Positions 55,319 through 64,000 of a DNA stretch of 64,000 bases are shown here, one piece after another (the stretch's first letter is position 1; each line of letters begins with the position of its first letter). The notes under the pieces are model-generated. The model did no database searches, was not told where the DNA came from, and saw only the letters and a program-made list of their open reading frames with translations. Source of the DNA: the human T2T-CHM13v2.0 reference genome, Homo sapiens. Location of the stretch: assembly GCF_009914755.1 (NCBI RefSeq), contig NC_060927.1. One strand, 5' to 3'. The position numbers and the translations under genes were made by a program.

Positions 55319-57347
55319 AAGTGCAGTGTGTGCGGACTATGATAAATGAATAAAGTCTCCAGTATATCCCAGTCTACTTTGGTTGGTGTCTGCTCATCCA
55401 TATACTCAGAGGCTTCATGACTGATTTCTAGCAGCTTCTGATCTTAGCCATATTTATGTGTTATGTGTTTACAAGGCAATTCATATGATAATGTTAGTGA
55501 CTACTTCAAATGCTATGCTTTTAAAGCCAGAAGATCCATTTTAGAGTCACAAGAAACTTAAATTTACATCATAGAATTCTCTCTGTATATTAAAAAGTGC
55601 TCCTGTGAATGATCTACAGAAAGGGAAATGGACTCAAAATGATAAGGATGTGCACCCTCATTTTGTGTGTGCAAACTGAGGTTTGTGAAGTGATGAACTC
55701 AATAAAGAATAAGGGTTAAAGATTTCTGAAAATGACTGATCTCTTTATAAAATTACTGGTTTGGCTCTGCTATAGCAGACTTTGCCTTCTCCCCTCAGAA
55801 AGAGGTAGCAACTGACAGGCGTTTGATTTATCATTGATCTTTCAATGATATTTCTTATGGGCTATAGTTTTCTAATTGGAGGCAGAGGTAAAGTCTGTGG
55901 TAAAGAACATCTCCGTGTGGTTGGCAGACTTGCTAAAAACAAATACCAAATCATGTTCCTTTTGTGCAAAATGATACAAAGAACACATTTTCATGAAACT
56001 TCTAAAACATAGAATCTATTTGCCAACATTGGAGTTTTAAAAATATGTGAATGCTAAAAACCAAAACTTGATTTTTAAAATATGTAAACTACTTATGATT
56101 CTTCTGACAATAAAAGATGATGTTGAGTTAGTGACCAGTTCATAACAACAGATAGATACCCTGTTTATTAAAATGGTTCAATGTCTTATATTTACTTACT
56201 ATGAAATAAGGTTTTATTTTTGAAGAAAAACTCATGTCTTAAATCAAATCTTTATATCAAACTTTCACTTCACATTGCTCTCCCCTTCCCTAGGGAAAAG
56301 AAAAAGTCAGGAATAAAAACAGGTGGAGGAAATCTTCCTTGTTAAAGTACATTTCTATTTTAATTTCTGATTATTATTACTGTAAATTATTCTGTGCTCT
56401 CTTTTTGTTTAACTACTTCCTTCCCTTGCTTTGGTGCCCATTACTTCTTCCATGGTTTAGGCATGAAGTTCTGATGGCAAAGTCATTATTTACCTTCCCC
56501 TCATTCCATTCCAAGCATCTCTTCTTTTATTTAATTTCTTCTCTTGCCACAGATTCTTTTTCCTTCGCATACCTTACCCACTGTTCATTTCTTTTTTGCT
56601 GATTCAAGTTGAAATTTACTTCCTGACCACTCTTCCCCATAAAATTTTTAGTTCAAGTATCTATTTGCCAATTACTGTACTAGGCAGTGGGGACAGAATA
56701 CCACACATAACAGGCCGGTGCAGTGGAGGAGGTAGACATTAAACAGTGAATCCCAATACAATATGATAAAAGATCAAGCAGCATTTTAGTGTGCTACGGT
56801 AACAAATAATTGGGACATAATTTAATTTGGGAAGAGCAGTCAGGAAAATCCTTCCTGTGAAAAAAAAAATTAAATAGGGACCCAAGAGACAGAATAAGAG
56901 TTTTTTAGATGAAGAAGATGGAATAAGTGTGGTCTATATAACAGTCCACATGGAGTTATTCATTTGTTTACTGAACATTTATTGACAGCCACTCATGTGT
57001 CCCCAATGTCACCTCTACTGGCCATTTATTTGTCAATTTAAAACTGATATTTCAGAACATGTGGAGCATACTTATTAAACCCCAAAGAATATATTTGAAG
57101 TAGAAATTAATTTTGGAAGCAATGAAGAGCAAAATAAAGACTTATCCTACATTAAGTAGGAGACTGTTTATTTAGAACCTGCTTTGAGGTTACTTCTGCT
57201 CTTTCTCTTCCGTCAGCACCCCAGCAGAGCTGAGTAGATTTCCTGATGATAGAGGCCCTCTTTGTTCACAGTGAAGTGGAGATTGGCAGAAAAGGAAAAA
57301 TCGTGGGGAAAAATGGTGGAGAAAAATGGAAGAGGAAACATGTTAAC

Positions 57348-57527
57348 TTCTTTTCTTTTGTTTTCTTTCTTTTCTTTTCTGGAAACAAGTTCTCACCCTG
57401 TCGCCCAGGCTGGAGTGCCATGATGCAATCATGGCTCATTACAATCTCAAACTCCTGGCCTCAAGTGATCCTCCTGCCTAAGCCTCTTGAAGTGCTGGGA
57501 TTACAGGTGTGAGGCACAAAACCTGGC
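57348..57527 (-). mobile_element. Alu monomer (FRAM/FAM-like)
   Basis: T-rich tail followed by ctgtcgcccaggctggagtg...gtgctgggattacaggtgtgag. Confidence 0.85.
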
Positions 57528-58839
57528 TTCATTTTTCTTTCTGGTTTCAAAGCATTATAATGCAATTTAGGCATACCTCCCTAAAAAACTGTGAGTTACG
57601 TTACACATGCACAACACCATAACTACACCCATTTCTGGGTCTTATTGAAATCTGAAAGGAGAATGATCAATAAAATTCTTATAACAATCCCAAGAAGATC
57701 TTGCCAAATTGTACCAAAGGGATTAGATAAGTTGAGACCATAGTTTCATCCTAGCGTTACTCTGTCATTTCATGAAACATACACTGTATATTTCCATGTT
57801 TTCAAAGGTTAGCTGTGAGCCATGGAAACTGTATACTTTAAATATCTGAGTATATCTGTATATCTAAATATCTGAGTGAAAATTGGTGGAAAGCCATCCA
57901 TTTAAGAAGCATACAACTCTGCTTATGTTTTTAAAGATATTTAATATCAAGATATAGTAAAACGTTGTGTTCTGTTTTAGGCAATGCAAAGAGTTAAGTA
58001 GATTTACATGAATGGAGTGGGAGCTGGGGGAGGACAATGAATGTCCTTCCTCATTTCAAAGGTCAAAGACAGCATTAATTATTTTTAACTAATGTCGTAT
58101 TTAACCACATGCAAACTTAAATCAGTTTGGGTCTAACCAATTCAAAGCTATTCTTTGGTTCCCTGCTCTGCTGCAATAATTGACTAGGTTCGACTTTACA
58201 AAGGTCAAAAGAATGGACTTGGTTCATATTCTTTCAGCTAATAGCACAGTTCTTAAATCAAAATTTGAGAATTGATCTTTCAAAGTCACTTTTCGTCTCT
58301 ACATTCATGTGTAATTTCAAATTATATGATAGATGTATCCAAACTCACTTTTTATTTAATTATTTTTTAATAACAGAAGACACAGTGGGAGGTTTTTTAA
58401 CAAGATCTAGGTTTGTCTAAAAAAAATTCAAAAGGGAATTAAGAAAACCATGGGAAACTTGTCATTTAGCAGAGTTCTAATGAGTAAAGTGGATGTGGGC
58501 AATCTGAAGGAAAAAATTTAGGCAGACATAATGCCGAGCAACAGAAAATGAAAGCGATCTTAGTTTGGAGTCTAGGCAAAATGTAGAGCAAAGTCAAGTC
58601 AGATATTTGGGCAATTAGGTCTTAGAGGACTCTAAACATTATACTAAAGATTAAAACTATTGCTTTAGAGTAAGGTCTTCCCCAGACAGCTTACACTATC
58701 TGCCCGGGACTGAGCTTCTCTGCCCAGGCCTAGAGACCATGGCTTCATTCTAGCATTGTTCTGTCCTCCCTCTACAGGCAAGACCTCCCTACTCTGATGT
58801 GCCAGGCTTGTTGCTGACCATCATTCAAATTGTATATGT

Positions 58840-59170
58840 GATAACTCTTCATCCCCAAAGACTTTCCTGACTAATCAGTGGTCAAATGGTGATTACTTCT
58901 TAAGACTCCCCTATCTAACCTTATAACTCCCACAAGCTATCTTACTCTCATCACTCTGCAATATACATTTACCCTTGCCCTGTAGATAGTGAGGTCTTTA
59001 TTGAATATGTACATCTGCTCAATGTTTATTCAGTTGCATGTACGTCTTTCAAGTGTGTCCTATGAGAATTTTATTTCTTGCACCTTAAATGACAGAGAAC
59101 ATGTTTACTTAATGCACTTTGCATTATGCCTAACACATCACCAATTGTTGACAATATTCAATAAGTACAT
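58840..59170 (+). mobile_element. L2 3' end
   Basis: aagactttcctgacta...gacagagaacatgtttact...tgcctaacacatcacc. Confidence 0.5.
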
Positions 59171-59207
59171 TTGATTGTGGCATATTCAACTATGATTTTA
59201 GACAAGA

Positions 59208-59230
59208 TGTGTGTGTGTGTGTGTGTGTGT
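59208..59230. repeat. (TG)n microsatellite
   Basis: Directly visible. Confidence 0.9.
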
Positions 59231-61274
59231 AGACAAAATAAAATTCAGAAAGAGAAAATCTATTCTACAATGAAATTCAATCTCTTACTTAGCTATTTTG
59301 AAATTGTGTCCCAATACCACATTAACAGAGCCAAAATGAAATTTAAAATTATGGTTATACTATTATTCACACTAGGTAGGGTCAGGTTTTTTTGTCTGAA
59401 TTAAATGGCTCCTTTACGCTAGCTACTTAGGAACCACTTCCCATACCCTCAAGCTAGAGTAATAGATACCTGACCCATTTTAAAAAGGAAGAGGGTTCCA
59501 ATCAAGGTCTCTATGAAGTTTAGAAATGGGTTCAAAGCCTAGTTGTACATTTCCATAGTAAATATATTTTTGGTGGATTTTTCACCAATCATTCAATATA
59601 TAAATCATGTTGGCTATATTTAGCCCTGGATAAAGTCCACTTTTTCCTGAGTCATAATGCCAACTTGGCTAAACGATCGTACATTTCCAATCATGCTTAA
59701 ATAAACATAAAATTTATGTATGGATGAGAAGGACATTTCATAGATAATTTTTCTGGCTTCAGTATCAAGCACATTCATATTTTTCTCCTAAATCTGAAAC
59801 CAAATGTTTGCTTTCCTAATATTTTTCCTTCCTACTGGATTTTTCTTTCCTTCTTCTATGTGGTCACCCACAGCCTGGCCTTTGTGTATTCTCCCAAGAA
59901 AGAATTGTTTATTTATATTAGCAGTCCTTTCAGGGGTTCCCTGTAGACTCTGTTTCCAATGGTATGTGGAGTTACTAAGCTTTTATTGTTGACAAGTGGT
60001 AGGTGGGATCCAAGCTTTTGTGGTTAAATTGTTTATTGATAATTACCTGTTAATTACCCTGCTGCCTGACTCCTGTAATTTACTATAATCATTACTTTCC
60101 TTTTTCTTGAAAACCATGTGCTCAAAAAACAAAAAGTGAAGACAAAAAATATACTTCTTACCACCTTTTTAAAAAATGGTTGGTTTTTTAATTAAAACCA
60201 TTTAGAGTCAGAGTATTTTTCATCGTATAATATTTGGATTTGGAAAAGCAAACCAGTGTTATTAATGTAATTATAACTATGCCAAGTAATTGATTTAAAC
60301 TGGTGAATATAACTTTGGGTGGCAATCACCAAATTAGGTGTCACACAGTATTCTTGAGTCATTAGTATTTTACTTTATTGCAGAATGTTTTCCTTCCTAG
60401 AGTTGGCCAGAAATTCTGTACAAAATCAAAGCCTTGAAACAAAATAGACTAAATTCTGTATTATTTGTTAAGGTTTGAAGCTTTTTACATTAAGATTCCA
60501 GCATCTAAAATTTTAATCCAATGTAGTGACATAATACTCTGTATCCCTGAGATAATGTACAGAGAGGCCTTTACATTTTTAATATAGTTATTATTTCTAT
60601 GGTACAGTTCCACCTAACCAGACACGGTGTAAGAGTACATCAATGTCCAGGGAGTGTACAACTGGCTGCTTCAGTTTCCACACTTCTCAAGAAATTTCAC
60701 CCAACTCTTGCTCCCAAAAGTTCTTTCAGTACTAAAAGCATCTGGTAAAATACCTTGCCATTAGCAAAAAAAAAAAAAAAAAAAAAAGAGTTAACAATTA
60801 AGTCCAACTTTCTGGGAATCAAAATCAGCTCCACCAGGCAAGCAGATGGATTTATTAGGTGTATATTCTTGAAATGTAATATACAAGGGACTGCAAAGAA
60901 TGATCAAATAAAGTTCTAAAATAGCAAACCAAAAAAGCCCTGGAATCAACATAGCCATCATCCTGCCATTTCTCACCAACTTCCTCTCATTTCTCACCTT
61001 TGGACTATTTTAGCAGTCATTTTCATGGTATATTGAGGATAAGCATGGTCAAGGTGAGCCTATGAACTTCGTTGGCGCCATTGATTAAAACTACAGTTTA
61101 GAACTGTCCGTGGTTTACACTGCCCACTTCACCTCGACAGGAAGCAACATGGAGATGAATAGCAAGAATCCTTGATGTGCATTTTGCCAATTGATCAACA
61201 CACATCTCCTGTGGGACTCCCTCGGCTAAATGCAGCCCTTTTGAAAACATGTCATTTTAATACCACAGTGGAAA

Positions 61275-61520
61275 GAACGTGGTATTTATGTTTAAATAGC
61301 TGGATTGGAGTCTAAGTTTGACACTTACTAGATGAGTAAACATGGACATATCACTTAACCTCTCTGAACTTCCTTTCACCATTTAAAAAATAGGGATAAA
61401 AATAATAATATTGATCCAATTAATTTACTAAAGTTCTTATAATAATGTCAATGAGGTAACAATATAATAATGCACATGAATACACTTTATAAACTAAAAT
61501 GCACTGTATGATTATAATAA
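61275..61520 (+). mobile_element. MIR SINE
   Basis: acttactagatgag...tcacttaacctctctgaacttcctttcaccatttaaaaaataggg. Confidence 0.65.
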
Positions 61521-64000
61521 TCATTAATCAGGAAAATAATTAACACTCCTTTAAATAACCATTAAAAGAAATTTGCCAGACATAGAGAATAAATAGGACA
61601 AGCCTATTTAAATATCTAAGTAAGAGTGTCAATGCACACACATTATAGCATTTCAAGAAATATTTTTCTTAGGGAGAGATTAAAGTCAGGAGAGGAAATG
61701 GAACGGCTTCAGTTGCTGTCATTGCATTCTTAGTATTTTACTTGGGAGAATGAGCCTTGTCAAATGGAAAGACTGAAATGAATACATTTCTCAGCTGCTT
61801 AGCAGATATGTTTCCCAATATAAGCTAAACAGTTCAACCAACCTCATTTCCATGTGAATATCTGCACTTCTGAATAGATGATAGGAATGTGAAGAAGAAT
61901 GGGTTGATCTTGGCCTTGGAATTATATGGCTTAGGTGTAAATTTATTCTTAATTTTCAATCATTATGTTTTAACATTCCTAGCTGAAATTTGGTTGAGCT
62001 ATCAAATTGTTCAAAGGCCAGTTCATGCCACAGCCCAAGGAACCGCTACTGGGAGAAGGTGGAAACCCTAAACCACAACCAAGTCCATCCATAGGGTTTT
62101 CCCCATGAAGGTTACCACAACATACTTAACATTGTTACAGACAAATTGCTGCCATTACCAAGCCAAACAATTCTGTCTTTATGTTTTTAAATAGCTTTGG
62201 TAACTCTTTAGAAACTTTACAGCTGGAAAGGAACTGCATCTTGATGGAGCTACGTTTATAGAATTTTGTTCTATGCCCCTTTTTCATTTGTTTCCTGATT
62301 TAGACAATAGCCCCAATTTCCAGCTGCACATCAGTTACTCACAAGCCTGGTCTGAGTCTGTGATTCAGCCAAGCTCTGCACAATTGTCCCACAGCTCCCA
62401 ATAGTTTATCATCATTGTTTTGTATAATTGGAAACAGAATTATTTATATGCCCCTGCCTACTCTGCAAGCAAATTTACAAGGCAACTGTGTCTCTTAATC
62501 TATAGTAGACCTAATGTAAACAGTAATGCAAAAGAGTATTCAGATTTATTGTAGGACTTCCTTAAAGATCAATATTTAAAATGAATACATATTGTGCTAA
62601 TTTAAACATGCAACATATCACAGAGCTATTTACACAAGAAATTTACAATGGCCTAAGACATTTTTATACTCTATTCCTACTTCCTAGGAATATCTTTTAT
62701 CAAAAGGAAAGAAAAAAAGAGTTACAAGTTCAATGTTAATTCGCCTTATTTATAAACACTCATCTAAATCTGTAACCTCAACAGACAATATATTAAGCTA
62801 CCAAATGAGGAATTAAAGTTACATTGAGTGTGACCCAAATAGGAAAATAAAGCTGACCGCATCCTCTGCAGTACAAGATGTACAGTTCAGTGTAGACAAC
62901 AGTGTGGGACTCTGCAAAACCAAGGCTCAACTTGCTGATCTTAAAGCAGTTATTTCAGTTTTCCTCTGCCGTCCCTGGATGCTATGGGTTTAAATCACTC
63001 CCTGTCTTTGTTTAGACCTCATCTTGGAGGCTTAAAATAGTATCTCGTTGACAAGAATCTGAGGTCTTTCAGACCTAATATCACATCAAGCTGCTAGGCT
63101 AAGACCTTACATGCCAAGTCTCAGCCTACAATGAATTTTTATAAGTGAGTTATAAACCCCTCAAAAACAGGGTTTATAATGGAAACGCTGACAGACTCTT
63201 AACTATCGAGTTTCTAGTGGGTTCCTGTTTAATATACTGTATTTCTTCCCCTTGAAGATATTAATTTACTTTTTGAAATGTTCATTGCTAAGATTAAGCA
63301 TAGGTTTTTGAAATGTGTTCATAGGCAATTTATGCATGAGTAGAAATGTACTCTTCTCCAGATGTACAGAATACTAATTTGAAAATGATTTATAGGCCAC
63401 ACCGTACTGTACATTCCATTCCCTTCTGAAAAGTTAAGACAAGGCTTTCCTTTGACATAACACCGGGATCCCCTATATATTGTAAATACAGTGTACTAGC
63501 CAGAGTTATTTAAATTCTTGAGACGTCAACTCTAGGATGGGTCAGAATAGAAAGAGTAAGCTGCCAGGACCAAGGGTATCAGCGGTAATTAAAAAATGGG
63601 AGGATTCAGGAAGAGGAAGATTGACATAAACACACATTCAAATAGAAGCTTCTCATCTTAAGGGAGTATTTTCATGTTTTGGCCAAATTAGATCACTTAG
63701 AATTTTAGAGTGTTAGAATTGAATGAATTTTAGAAATCATTTAACTCAGATATTGCAAACTGGTGTCCTGGGGGCCAAATTAAGCCCCACAATATAAATA
63801 ATAATCACATGAACAAAAAGTTGGGATTAGATGCTAATAATAATTGAAAATGTTCACCCCAAAAAGGAAATTTCTACTTCTCTTTAAAAATGGAAAGACT
63901 TGGTAACACTTAACTTGCATCTTCCCTTAGAAACAACTTGCTGGGGCTGAGTAGCGCAGCCCCCTTTAGAACAGAAGTGAGTCCCCTGCTTGCCAATGTC

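Noticed and set aside
60766-60787. Isolated A22 run as a processed-pseudogene tail
   Set aside because: No TSD, ORF or recognisable retroposed body upstream.

Overview
Mammalian, almost certainly human (AluY/AluS and L1PA present), genomic DNA from the MECOM (MDS1-EVI1/PRDM3) locus, with the gene on the minus strand. The only supported protein-coding sequence is a 135-nt phase-0 exon (1663-1797) encoding part of the PR/SET domain (ILDEFYNVKFCIDASQPDVGSWLKYIRFAGCYDQHNLVACQINDQ), plus a single ATG at the end of an upstream exon. Positions ~2960-5800 hold the internal EVI1 promoter: a CpG island, four alternative 5' splice donors, a DR5 retinoic-acid element and Z-DNA/G4-prone repeats. A second CpG patch with a CTCF motif lies at ~6900-7620. 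The remaining ~56 kb is the large MDS1-EVI1 intron upstream of EVI1, containing Alu, L1, L2, MIR, MaLR LTR and DNA-transposon fossils, microsatellites and several repeat-free enhancer-like blocks. I found no convincing new multi-gene system. The best leads are isoform-specific N-terminal (half-PR) extension of EVI1, candidate auto-regulatory and HOX/PBX/MEIS sites, and several local rearrangements (a templated insertion, a foldback palindrome, nested target-site reuse). Repeat subfamily names and boundaries are by eye and approximate.
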